Part shown: in pieces, positions 1 through 8,960 of the stretch
Layout of the letters: every line of letters begins with the position of its first letter
Position numbering within the stretch: position 1 is the stretch's first letter
Source of the DNA: a virus
Lineage: Duplodnaviria > Caudoviricetes
Strand: one strand, 5' to 3'
Length of the DNA stretch: 53,671 nucleotides
Virus record (IMG/VR): IMGVR_UViG_3300045911_000047
Location: 1 to 53,671 of that record
Notes under the pieces: generated by a model
Seen by the model: the letters and a program-made list of their open reading frames with translations, nothing else
What the model was told of the DNA's origin: nothing
Database searches by the model: none
Program-made: the position numbers and the translations under genes

Positions 1-27
1 GGAGGAAAGAACATGAGGAAACTATAC
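1..27 (+). repeat. 27-nt terminal direct repeat (copy at 53645-53671); circular assembly overlap
   Basis: GGAGGAAAGAACATGAGGAAACTATAC is identical at both ends, and the genes read continuously across the join. Confidence 0.95.
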
Positions 28-240
28 AAGCTTACGAATACAAAAAACACAATCATTAACTTCGGCTATCTTGCCGACATGCTACGTACTAGATCTTATT
101 TAAATAATTCCAAATTTCGAATTGAGGAATTAACTAGATCGGAAGCATTAAGATTATGGCGAAGCTATCGCGACGCATTACGAAATGGTAGTAATTGCCA
201 AGAAATTTTTACGATATTAGATGATTTCATAAATAATTAA
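13..240 (+). CDS. hypothetical early protein
   Basis: GGAGG RBS at 1-5, 75 aa ORF. Confidence 0.75.
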   Translation: MRKLYKLTNTKNTIINFGYLADMLRTRSYLNNSKFRIEELTRSEALRLWRSYRDALRNGSNCQEIFTILDDFINN

Positions 241-260
241 TTAAACCAAGGAACTAAAAC

Positions 261-1694
261 ATGACAGATACCGAAAGACTGTATTTAATCAATGATAGAT
301 CCAATGAATTAATTGATCTAGGCCTCTATAAACTTCACGGCAATTATATATATAATGAGAAATTACAAGAAATCTGCAATAAATTAAATATAATGAATCC
401 TACCTATATAAGATTACAAAAGTATGATCTACACGAATTATCAGTACTGATGAATTATAACCAGAGAATGCGATTAGTGAATCATTTCACAAATTGCCGA
501 AATTCAGGATCATTTAAAAGATACCATCACTGCGGAGAATACCTTAGCCAAGATCATTTTAATCAATCTAATATCTGCAATGATTGCATTGAAGAAGACT
601 ATGTATGTTGCTTTACATGCTCCCAAAGCATCACAATCGATACTGCATCACTAGTAAATAATCGATATTACTGCGAGGAATGCTTTTCTGAACATTTTGT
701 TTACTGTTGTAACTGCAACGATCCGATAGACATATCTAATTCAATCTACCAAAATGATGATTATTGGTGCGACATATGCTTCAATGAATCCTTTACACAA
801 TGCGAGCATTGCGAAAATTATCATTATTATGATTCCGAATGTCCCCATTGCGACAAATACTCGCTATTACCATATAACGCAAAGATAAGCGACATTTTGC
901 ACAAAGAACGATATAACGAAACATGTTTCGGTTTGGAAATTGAATTAAATATTGATGAAAAAGACAATCTTCAATATGCGATACGATATACAAAAGATCA
1001 TATAAGTATACCTCATATATGGAAGCAAGACGGATCCTTATCTAATGGCGGCGAATTAGTACTTGCTCCATGCGATAGAGAGCGGCTATCCAGTCTTAAT
1101 TGGCGAACAATACTAAAAGATTTACGTAATTTAGGTTGTCGCGGCTACGACTCAGGCGAGTGCGGAATCCACATCCACGTCTCAAAAACTGAATTCAATC
1201 ATCTATCATCTGATGAATTCAACGCACTGATCCTTGATTTTTTACTATCTCAAAGACCGTTTCTAAAGCCATTCTCACAACGTAAAAAATTCAATTATTG
1301 CGAATTGCCTGAAGACTTTTGTGATATTCAATGGCTTTTAAACTCACGATACCGAGCTATAAACGTATTGCCAACAAATACCTATGAATTCCGAATATAT
1401 CGGAGCACTACTGATTACCAACGCTTCTATGCATCATTACAATTTACTTTCCTAGCTCATAAGTATTTAGTTTACCAAGCTAGAAATAAAACCAGTAATC
1501 TACATCTAAAAGACTATTTGCTACAAAATAAAAATGAGCATAAGCCAATTTTCGACTACCTAATAAAATCTGATTTAATAAATTTATTAGATCGAAATTT
1601 TACAAGAAATCATTTTAATATTGAAAGGAAGAAATACTATGTGCGTTATATTTCATACCACCAACAAAGCAATGCTCAAACACTCAGAGCTTGA
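261..1694 (+). CDS. putative amidoligase (COOH-NH2 ligase, glutamine synthetase-like fold) with an N-terminal multi-CxxC zinc-binding region
   Basis: Motifs FGLEIE, DGSL, GELV, CGIHIHVS, RYRAINV and YEFRI; repeated CxxC pairs in about residues 90-200. Confidence 0.85.
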   Translation: MTDTERLYLINDRSNELIDLGLYKLHGNYIYNEKLQEICNKLNIMNPTYIRLQKYDLHELSVLMNYNQRMRLVNHFTNCRNSGSFKRYHHCGEYLSQDHFNQSNICNDCIEEDYVCCFTCSQSITIDTASLVNNRYYCEECFSEHFVYCCNCNDPIDISNSIYQNDDYWCDICFNESFTQCEHCENYHYYDSECPHCDKYSLLPYNAKISDILHKERYNETCFGLEIELNIDEKDNLQYAIRYTKDHISIPHIWKQDGSLSNGGELVLAPCDRERLSSLNWRTILKDLRNLGCRGYDSGECGIHIHVSKTEFNHLSSDEFNALILDFLLSQRPFLKPFSQRKKFNYCELPEDFCDIQWLLNSRYRAINVLPTNTYEFRIYRSTTDYQRFYASLQFTFLAHKYLVYQARNKTSNLHLKDYLLQNKNEHKPIFDYLIKSDLINLLDRNFTRNHFNIERKKYYVRYISYHQQSNAQTLRA

Positions 1695-2214
1695 ATCAAT
1701 GTATTATAGCAATCCCGACGGTATCGGACTTGCGGTTAGATTCAACAAGCATTGGGAAATCCTAAAAGGATTAGTAGATGCTTCAGATCTAAAATATCTA
1801 TATAAAGATCTACAATCCGCCAACGAGATAGTAGGTCATTTTAGACTTGCAACGCACGGAGCAATATCCAATGAGAATTGTCATCCGTTTGCAATCTCTG
1901 AGTGTATGGATACTGCCTCTAAGTGTGAATCCATAGACTTAGGCGTACTGTTCCACAACGGCGTTATCCAAGGGTTCGGCAATAAAGATGTTTCGGATAC
2001 CCTACATTTTACGACATCAGTATTAGCTAAGTGTAGGGATTCTATTCCAAACATACTGCAAGCTACCAATGGCAAATTCGTATACATCTCACCTGATGGG
2101 AAAGTGCATAGGTTTGGCTTGATCGAGCTTAGAAAGGATCTGTGGGTATCAAATACCTATTGGAATCCCAATTATGATTTAGATTTCATACATTGGGATA
2201 AGAAATGTGTATAA
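1639..2214 (+). CDS. class II (Ntn) glutamine amidotransferase
   Basis: Likely start is ATG 1639, giving MCVIF (N-terminal Cys nucleophile); motifs NPDGIG, HFRLATHG, NCHPF, HNG and SDT; AGGA RBS upstream. Confidence 0.88.
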   Translation: MCVIFHTTNKAMLKHSELESMYYSNPDGIGLAVRFNKHWEILKGLVDASDLKYLYKDLQSANEIVGHFRLATHGAISNENCHPFAISECMDTASKCESIDLGVLFHNGVIQGFGNKDVSDTLHFTTSVLAKCRDSIPNILQATNGKFVYISPDGKVHRFGLIELRKDLWVSNTYWNPNYDLDFIHWDKKCV

Positions 2215-2232
2215 TTTAGGAGGAATAATATT

Positions 2233-2934
2233 ATGAACAAACCAAAAGTAACATTTGAATTAAAGCAAGATGACCTAGACTTTATTAAAGAGAATGATAG
2301 TAAATTCTCTAATTATGGGATCACTCATATAGAATTAAATAGGAACCTATCAAGCATAATTTGCTATGTTGAATATTATGAATCTTTGCTTATTCATTCC
2401 TTTGAAAGAAAAATAGGAAATAATTTAATATTCAACTACGATAAGCATCTAATTATTCACAGACCCCCTACAATTAAGTGGTATAAAACATTAACCATAG
2501 GTACAAATTCAATAGAAATATACAAAGACGGTTCAGCAATACTATCCACTGCCAAAGGATCTTTCGAGATTTCGGAACATTGGATCGAACATATCCCACA
2601 GAAAATCTATAAGGTATCTGATTCCTGCGAAATCCTTAGATACCTTGATACTTTAAGCTTAGATTATACAGACAAGAGCTATAATATCTTTAAACTTAAA
2701 CAAGATATCGAGAATCTAATTATCAAAGAACTAAAAGAAAAGGATGAATATGAAAGATATGACAAGATAGAGATTGATAAGCTAACACTTATCCGAAAAT
2801 TCCTAAGCAATAAGTATAGATATATAGCTAGGCTTTTGAAGAAAGAGTACTTGGATGCGCAAACAACTATGGAATTAGAGCATATCTTAGAATCAATAAA
2901 AAGATACGCATCAGCATTTGAATTGCGTCTTTAA
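2233..2934 (+). CDS. hypothetical protein; N-terminal half paralogous to 53230..53634
   Basis: AGGAGG RBS; shares W..L..GTN.I....DGSA..S...GS with 53230. Confidence 0.8.
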   Translation: MNKPKVTFELKQDDLDFIKENDSKFSNYGITHIELNRNLSSIICYVEYYESLLIHSFERKIGNNLIFNYDKHLIIHRPPTIKWYKTLTIGTNSIEIYKDGSAILSTAKGSFEISEHWIEHIPQKIYKVSDSCEILRYLDTLSLDYTDKSYNIFKLKQDIENLIIKELKEKDEYERYDKIEIDKLTLIRKFLSNKYRYIARLLKKEYLDAQTTMELEHILESIKRYASAFELRL

Positions 2935-2952
2935 CTAAAGAGAAGATATGAT

Positions 2953-3117
2953 ATGGTAGACCAAAAAATATTTATAAATTCATTACACGATTTTCTATCT
3001 AAGGTAGTAATTCCAAACATGGAATATATAAATCAAAGATTAGGGCAAGAAAACGATCCTAGATTTATTAGCTATCTAATTGAATACATTTTAATAAGAG
3101 AAAGAACAATACAATGA
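2953..3117 (+). CDS. small hypothetical protein (54 aa, MVDQKIFINSLHDFLSKVVIP...)
   Basis: Read by hand; below the ORF-track cutoff and fills the gap after 2934. Confidence 0.55.
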   Translation: MVDQKIFINSLHDFLSKVVIPNMEYINQRLGQENDPRFISYLIEYILIRERTIQ

Positions 3118-3136
3118 CGGTCATTGACCGTCATTG
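3112..3136. promoter_or_regulatory. perfect 12-bp-arm palindrome CAATGACGGTCA-T-TGACCGTCATTG
   Basis: Seen directly; followed by a further TGACCG copy, with a related CCGTCATTG at about 3291. Confidence 0.7.
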
Positions 3137-3212
3137 ACCGCCATCATTAACAGCAACCTCTAAGAAATAAAACAGTATTTCACAAAAATCTTAAAAATAT
3201 TTCAAAAATCTC

Positions 3213-3555
3213 TGCCACCACTCTGCCACCACTTCTGCCACCACTAAAAACAAGATAAGTATTTGATTTTATTAACTTCTGCCACCACTGCCGTCATTGC
3301 CAGCACATACCCCTTTATATATTCCAAACACACTATATAACACCCACTTTATACATATCTTATATAGTCATTTTGTCAAAGTCTTAACAAAAAAATTTTA
3401 AGTGGTGGCAGTAAGGCATTTCAATAACTTAGCCTATGTTAAAAATCGATTTTGCCACCACATTTTTTAAACAAAACCCCTATGTTTATTGCCTCAAATC
3501 ATTTTGCCACCACATTGCCAAAAAAGTGGTGGCAAAAAATGGCAAAGTGGTGGCA
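3213..3555. repeat. iteron-like TGCCACCAC repeats (6 forward, 3 reverse); putative replication origin
   Basis: Forward copies at 3213, 3224, 3236, 3280, 3453 and 3505; reverse copies at 3402, 3526 and 3547; AT-rich non-coding DNA upstream of the replication genes. Confidence 0.75.
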
Positions 3556-3590
3556 GAAACACAAATTTTCAATATTTTGTATCTTTTCTG

Positions 3591-3619
3591 TTGACACTAC
3601 CAATTTTTTCTAGTAAAGT
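3591..3619 (+). promoter_or_regulatory. sigma70-type promoter for the replication operon
   Basis: TTGACA-17 nt-TAAAGT; inverted repeat TAGTAAA (3611) / TTTACTA (3634) overlaps the -10. Confidence 0.7.
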
Positions 3620-3660
3620 TTCACAAAAAAAGATTTACTATTGACAAAAGGAGAAAAAAC

Positions 3661-3903
3661 ATGAAAGCAACCCCACTAGACAATCCCCAATATTCCCTTG
3701 TAAAAGAAGCACTATTAAAACTTCCTGATCTAACAAAAAAGAAGATCACGATTGAACAAGTAGAGGATAGGGTTTATTGGTCATTTGATAAATACCCAGA
3801 TCTTGTATTTCAACAGATAACGATCAACTCTTGGCGTGTACTTTGTACGAATAAAACAATCGGACTTTCTAGGATGATAAATTTAATAGAGGAGTTTGCA
3901 TGA
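3661..3903 (+). CDS. hypothetical protein
   Basis: AAGGAG RBS; ATGA overlap with the helicase gene. Confidence 0.75.
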   Translation: MKATPLDNPQYSLVKEALLKLPDLTKKKITIEQVEDRVYWSFDKYPDLVFQQITINSWRVLCTNKTIGLSRMINLIEEFA

Positions 3904-5141
3904 AAACACTTTATCCACATCAAAGAGAAACAGTAGATTTCACCATCAATCGTTTCAAAACACATAAAGGCGTGTATAACGCATCAGATGTGGGAACAGG
4001 GAAAACGCTCTCAACTATTGAGACATGGAAAGCACTTGGATCACCCCTAACACTAATACTTTGCCCTGCTGTTGTTGTACACAACTTTGCACGGGAGTTT
4101 CGAGAATTTGCTCCCAGTGCAAACATTCAAATAACGACCAAAGACAATCAAACAGGAGATGTTCTGATTACCTCGTACGACATATTCTCAAGACACTACC
4201 AAAAATTCCCACGTGTATCTTTGCTTGTATGTGATGAAGCACATTACCTAAAGAACTATCAAGCAAAACGCACTCAAACGGTGCTAACCTACATAAGACT
4301 TCATGATCCGTATAGGATCTTTCTGTCAGGAACCCCATTTGTAAATTCAGCAGTGGATGCCTTTGTTTGTTTTCGTTCCTGCGATCCAAAGACATTCATA
4401 TCTTTTGAACAATTTGCTAATCGCTACACAAACATTCACACGATTCGTTTGCGTAACCGCATGGTTACTCAGTATAAAGGGATTCGCAATGCAGATTCAT
4501 TAAAGGAACTATACAAATCTTTCCTAATTCGTTTCACTAAGGAAGATGTTATAAAGACCTTGCCACAATTAATGCATTCAACGTGCTACTTTCCTAACAC
4601 TTCAAACTTTAACCGTGCAATAGTGCAACAAGCACTAGATGATTTCCATAATGGAAGGAGAGATTCAACCTCAGTTTCAACAATCAGGTATGAGTCTGGT
4701 CTTGCTAAAGTGAAATATGCCACTGATTATGTAAAAAATATGCTAGAGCAAGGCGAGCCAGTTATCCTATTTGCACATCATAGGGAAGTTATTAAAAAAT
4801 TAGCAGAAGCTTTACATGAGTATGCTCCCTCAGTTATCACAGGTGACACCATAGACCGACAAAACCAAGTAGATCGTTTTCAGAACGAACAAACGAATCT
4901 AATCATCATGAACATTCGAGCTGGCGGTGTTGGGATAAATCTAACCCGTGCGCGTCATGTCATCTTTGCTGAATTTGATTGGACGTATGCCGCCCAAAGT
5001 CAGGCAATCGGACGTGCTTATCGAAACGGTAATTCTAATGCCTATGTACAAGCACATTATTTATTGCTAGAAGATTCATTAGATGAGGTTATGTATAGAG
5101 CCATTAACTTTAAGGAGGAGATGGAAAAAACCCTGATGTAG
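3900..5141 (+). CDS. SNF2-family (SF2) helicase
   Basis: Motifs LYPHQ, DVGTGKT, DEAH, LSGTP, GVGINL and QAIGRAYR. Confidence 0.93.
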   Translation: MKTLYPHQRETVDFTINRFKTHKGVYNASDVGTGKTLSTIETWKALGSPLTLILCPAVVVHNFAREFREFAPSANIQITTKDNQTGDVLITSYDIFSRHYQKFPRVSLLVCDEAHYLKNYQAKRTQTVLTYIRLHDPYRIFLSGTPFVNSAVDAFVCFRSCDPKTFISFEQFANRYTNIHTIRLRNRMVTQYKGIRNADSLKELYKSFLIRFTKEDVIKTLPQLMHSTCYFPNTSNFNRAIVQQALDDFHNGRRDSTSVSTIRYESGLAKVKYATDYVKNMLEQGEPVILFAHHREVIKKLAEALHEYAPSVITGDTIDRQNQVDRFQNEQTNLIIMNIRAGGVGINLTRARHVIFAEFDWTYAAQSQAIGRAYRNGNSNAYVQAHYLLLEDSLDEVMYRAINFKEEMEKTLM

Positions 5142-5161
5142 TATATAAAACCACATCAGGG
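5125..5161 (-). terminator. intrinsic terminator on the antisense strand
   Basis: Minus strand reads CCCUGAUGUGGU-loop-ACUACAUCAGGG-UUUUUU (12-bp stem with one G-U). Confidence 0.65.
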
Positions 5162-5201
5162 AAAATAGTTAATTAGGAAAAACATGACGAACCTAACAAC
5201 T
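5125..5201 (-). ncRNA. predicted ~77-nt antisense RNA covering the primase RBS and start codon
   Basis: Lies between a minus-strand promoter (5236-5208) and a minus-strand terminator (5161-5125). Confidence 0.5.
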
Positions 5202-7544
5202 ACGACAACTATATCAGATTTGTCTCCATATATCAAGTTATTTGTGACAAATCCGTCCGACCCTTGGACATTTCGTTTTGAGCTAGATGGGCAGTCAAAA
5301 ATCCGTACCATATCCTTTAATGCTCTTATATCTTTGATAAATAATAATCGAGGTGTCTCAGTACACACCGTGTTAAACGCTACCAATGGGCTAGGGGCGT
5401 CTGCAAAGGACATCATAGGGGTACGCGTTCTCGCCTGTGATATAGACTCCCCTACGACCCTAAAATCGCTCCTAAGCTACAGATTTGCCCCACATTTAAT
5501 TGTTGAGTCTTCCCCTAGTCGTTACCACTGCTACTGGGCAATCCCCCCACAGGAGCAATCCTCGTTCGTTTATGACAATTTTAAGAAATGGCGTGATTAC
5601 CAGCTTTGCCTAAGCTGTGACCTTAAAGGCGATCCCTCCTTGGCAGTAATAACCCACCAATTACGCTTTCCAAGCATTTATAGGGCTGATAAGGACTTTA
5701 CCCCCGCGATTGTTCATGTAAATGATACTGATACCTTACCCATATTCACAGATGAGGAGATCCGATTAGCCAGAGAATATCAGAAAAAACATCGTTCTAA
5801 GCAAAAAAGACAATTAAAGAAAGGAACCCTAAGGGAGGGGCGTCACAACACAATCTATTTTTCTGTACTCTCAGGAGAATTATCAGCTAGCGAGGCACGA
5901 GCGTTTAATGATAGCCTTGAAAATCCCTTGAAAGAACATGAGGTAGAGCACGCAATTAAGATGGCAGAGAAACTTCGTGCACAAAAATTATCAGAATCTT
6001 TCCTACCCATTGAAGAGCAACTACCTAAAGCTCCATTCTTTGAGACCCTATTTGGATATAGTGGAATTAGTAAAACAAACACCAAGGGAGCAGGAGTGTT
6101 TTCTACCTTAAATGGCAATGCGATTGTATATCAAGACTATAAAACTCAGATAACCTCCTTAATAGGCGATATTGAGCCTATGGTAGCTGAGAGATTCGAG
6201 TCTTGTTTTGTCTCCATCGCTGGTGCCGCGCTTGTATATCATCCAAAGGATATTACTTGGTACAGCATCGAAGATAGATCAGCCATTAGGGCGGTAATCT
6301 TCATGATAGAAGCCTGCATGATTGATTGGGTAAATCATCCAAGATTTAATATGCCATCTGATATCTCAAAGATCCTAAAAGTTCTAAGGAACCAATCCTC
6401 GATATTTGAGATGGCCAATAGGATCCTAAAGAAAATAACCTATAAACCCATATCTCCTACTGTAATTAATAATGCCCTTGTTGGTGTTAAAAATGGAACA
6501 TTTAACCTAGAGACTGGAGAACACCGTGATAGTCTTGAGGAAGACTATATACTGCACAGGGTAGCTATTAATTACACCAAAACTACAAAGTTAGCACATG
6601 GAATAAGGAAGTTCCTAATAGATATGTTCCAATACTCATATGATGCATCGACTGATTCCATCCTAGATCTACTCTTTGAGATGTTTGCCTTATCATTGTC
6701 CAGAAGGCAAGGAGAATATTTCTTCTTCCATGTTGGTGTTGGTGGTAACGGGAAAACAACCCTGTTAGCAATATTGCAAGATCTATTTGGAGACACTTTC
6801 TCCCTAATGCCTGCTCGTTTCTTCTCGGATCGGACTATCTCAGAGGAGTATTTCTTCTCTGGCAAGGCTGGTAAAAGGCTTATTCATTTTGCAGAGGTTG
6901 ATGATAAAAAATTCGATACCCAGAAACTAAAGTTTTTCTCAGAGCGTGTAGTCTCTGCTCGTAGCCAATATGAGGCAAAGCATCAGATCCTAAATGAAGC
7001 TACGATCCATTTTACGGCTAATCGATTTCCTACCTATGATGAGGCAGATTTAGCCTTAGCAAGAAGATTAGTCATATTACCCTATAACAAATGTTATTCT
7101 CAGAATCTCTATGAAAGGTTCCCACCTCATCTAAGGGGAGAACCTAAAGAGCTAAAAGATCTTATACAAATATTTAGAGCAGAAGAGTCAGAGTTCTTAT
7201 ATGAATGCCATTTAGCCTATAAGAGACTTCTTAAAAACGACTTCAAATTATCCTTACAAGAAAAATTGGTAGAAGAGGCTAACAACCTTATCGACGAGCA
7301 AAATGAGATTGTCTCTTATCTAAGGGAGTCTTTGATCTTAATAACCCAATCAGAAGAAGAAGAAGAGCATGGCATGCAATTATCAGATATACAAGAGTTA
7401 CTTATGGCTAGATTCCCAATGGATAATCGTCTTAAAAGGAATAACTTTGTTGGGGCACAGCTTCGGTGTGCTTTTCCCAATATCATAATGAAAAGGGTAA
7501 ACAATAAAAGATTTTGGAACGTAATAAGAAAAGGTTATGAATAA
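5184..7544 (+). CDS. primase-helicase: N-terminal AEP/RepB-like primase, D5/P4-type SF3 helicase, C-terminal putative winged helix
   Basis: CDID and VESSPSRYHCYW primase motifs; GRHN; KNGTFNLETG (D5_N-like); Walker A GVGGNGKTT; FAEVD; TAN; ALARRL. Confidence 0.9.
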   Translation: MTNLTTTTTISDLSPYIKLFVTNPSDPWTFRFELDGQSKIRTISFNALISLINNNRGVSVHTVLNATNGLGASAKDIIGVRVLACDIDSPTTLKSLLSYRFAPHLIVESSPSRYHCYWAIPPQEQSSFVYDNFKKWRDYQLCLSCDLKGDPSLAVITHQLRFPSIYRADKDFTPAIVHVNDTDTLPIFTDEEIRLAREYQKKHRSKQKRQLKKGTLREGRHNTIYFSVLSGELSASEARAFNDSLENPLKEHEVEHAIKMAEKLRAQKLSESFLPIEEQLPKAPFFETLFGYSGISKTNTKGAGVFSTLNGNAIVYQDYKTQITSLIGDIEPMVAERFESCFVSIAGAALVYHPKDITWYSIEDRSAIRAVIFMIEACMIDWVNHPRFNMPSDISKILKVLRNQSSIFEMANRILKKITYKPISPTVINNALVGVKNGTFNLETGEHRDSLEEDYILHRVAINYTKTTKLAHGIRKFLIDMFQYSYDASTDSILDLLFEMFALSLSRRQGEYFFFHVGVGGNGKTTLLAILQDLFGDTFSLMPARFFSDRTISEEYFFSGKAGKRLIHFAEVDDKKFDTQKLKFFSERVVSARSQYEAKHQILNEATIHFTANRFPTYDEADLALARRLVILPYNKCYSQNLYERFPPHLRGEPKELKDLIQIFRAEESEFLYECHLAYKRLLKNDFKLSLQEKLVEEANNLIDEQNEIVSYLRESLILITQSEEEEEHGMQLSDIQELLMARFPMDNRLKRNNFVGAQLRCAFPNIIMKRVNNKRFWNVIRKGYE
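5208..5236 (-). promoter_or_regulatory. antisense sigma70 promoter inside the primase 5' end
   Basis: TTGATA-17 nt-TATAGT with an extended -10 TG. Confidence 0.55.
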
Positions 7545-7839
7545 ACAACAAAAACTAAGGATGCTTCTTATGGAGGCTTTGAATTTGCTAGAAGAGAATC
7601 ATACGGATCTTGTATGTATAGAGATTCTTCATGAGACCTATATTGTTGATTTTCTCGCTAAGACCCCATTAACGGAAATACAACAATTATTAGAAGATAT
7701 CCCTACTGCTCGCAAACGTGCTTGGGTAGCATCTATTGTACGGAGCGCTTTTCCAAACGTGCGTACGTTGAAGGTAAAAACAAAAACATATTGGACATTA
7801 AGAAGGAAAAAAGGAGTAATCTATGGCCAAGAAACATAG
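7537..7839 (+). CDS. small protein paralogous to the primase C-terminal domain (putative DNA binding)
   Basis: LTEIQQLL..RKRAWVASIVRSAFPNV..KVKTKTYW..RKKG aligns with the primase end LSDIQELL..LKRNNFVGAQLRCAFPNI..RVNNKRFW..RKG. Confidence 0.7.
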   Translation: MNKQQKLRMLLMEALNLLEENHTDLVCIEILHETYIVDFLAKTPLTEIQQLLEDIPTARKRAWVASIVRSAFPNVRTLKVKTKTYWTLRRKKGVIYGQET

Positions 7840-8953
7840 TGAATGTGGCGCGTCTGGAGCTAGTAGGTGGCTTACGTGTCTTGGCAGTGTGGCCTTATCT
7901 AGGACTGTTCCAAGACTTCCATCTACAGAACACGCTGATCGCGGCACCAAATTACACAGTGAAGTAGAGCGTTTTGTGAAACAAAAGATTCAGAATCGTA
8001 TTGATGGGTCGATTGTTGATGAGCCTACAGATGAGGAATCAAGGATCCTATGTAATCTAGTATGGGATACGCTTTATGAGCGAGTCTTTGAACATTCAGT
8101 AACAGGAAAGAATTTCTCCTTTGAAACCACACTCACCTTGTTACCTGAGTATGATATGTTTGGTACTGTAGATCTGATTGTAACTGGGATTGACTCTAGA
8201 GGAGAAAGGTACGGTTGGATCATAGATTATAAGTTTGGCTATCATGAGGTACCTATTGAAGATAATGCCCAAATTGCTTTCTATGCTTGTGCACTACAAA
8301 AGTTATGCCAAGCTAAAGGAAAGCCCTTAGCTTATATTCGTACTGCAATTCTGCAGCCTGCAAGCGAAGTTGTTTGGAAAGAAAGTAAACTTACAGAGAA
8401 AAACCTTGAATCTTGGATGAAAAGATTCAGGAAAGTAGCCCATGATATCTATATTAAGAAAGTTACAAAGCTAAAGGCAGGCCCCTATTGTGGGTTCTGT
8501 CCTGCACGAGCAATCTGTCCTGAGTATGCAAAGAACATACAGATAGACAAGATAGATTTTGAATTGCCAAATGTTCAAAGTATTCCAGTTGAGAAACTAA
8601 TTACAATTTGGGAACAATCAGGAAAGATAAAATCTTTCCTAGTAGATGTAGAAGAGTTCCTAAAAGCTGCCTGTTCTGCGGGAGCCCTCCCCGGATATGA
8701 GCTAAAAAGCGCTTCAAGGCGTAGATGGAGAGAAGATGTGCATCCACTTGAAGTTGAGAAAGCTCTAGGCACTATTGCCACTCGTTGTGAGCTATTACCG
8801 ATCACCGTATTAGAGAAGAAACTAGATAAAGCTAAGAAAGAGATACTTCAAGAATTTCTTGAGGTGTACAAAACAGCTCCTAGACTTACTCGAATCGGTG
8901 AAACATCAAACGTAGTTGTGTTTGATGCTATAGAACAAAAATTAACGGAGTAA
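7823..8953 (+). CDS. Cas4-like PD-(D/E)xK exonuclease (DUF2800-like)
   Basis: HS..GAS.ASRW..C, GTKLH, FGTVD, IIDYKFG, Q..FYA, C.FCPARAICP. Confidence 0.88.
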   Translation: MAKKHSECGASGASRWLTCLGSVALSRTVPRLPSTEHADRGTKLHSEVERFVKQKIQNRIDGSIVDEPTDEESRILCNLVWDTLYERVFEHSVTGKNFSFETTLTLLPEYDMFGTVDLIVTGIDSRGERYGWIIDYKFGYHEVPIEDNAQIAFYACALQKLCQAKGKPLAYIRTAILQPASEVVWKESKLTEKNLESWMKRFRKVAHDIYIKKVTKLKAGPYCGFCPARAICPEYAKNIQIDKIDFELPNVQSIPVEKLITIWEQSGKIKSFLVDVEEFLKAACSAGALPGYELKSASRRRWREDVHPLEVEKALGTIATRCELLPITVLEKKLDKAKKEILQEFLEVYKTAPRLTRIGETSNVVVFDAIEQKLTE

Positions 8954-8960
8954 TAATAAA

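Noticed and set aside
3213-3555. CRISPR array
   Set aside because: The repeats are only 9 bp, occur in both orientations and have irregular spacing; there is no cas operon.
5156-5416. Minus-strand 86-aa ORF as a real gene
   Set aside because: Antisense to the conserved primase domain; the predicted antisense promoter lies inside it, favouring a short non-coding RNA.
7823-8953. CRISPR-associated Cas4
   Set aside because: It sits in the usual phage nuclease-SSB-PolA module with no other cas genes.
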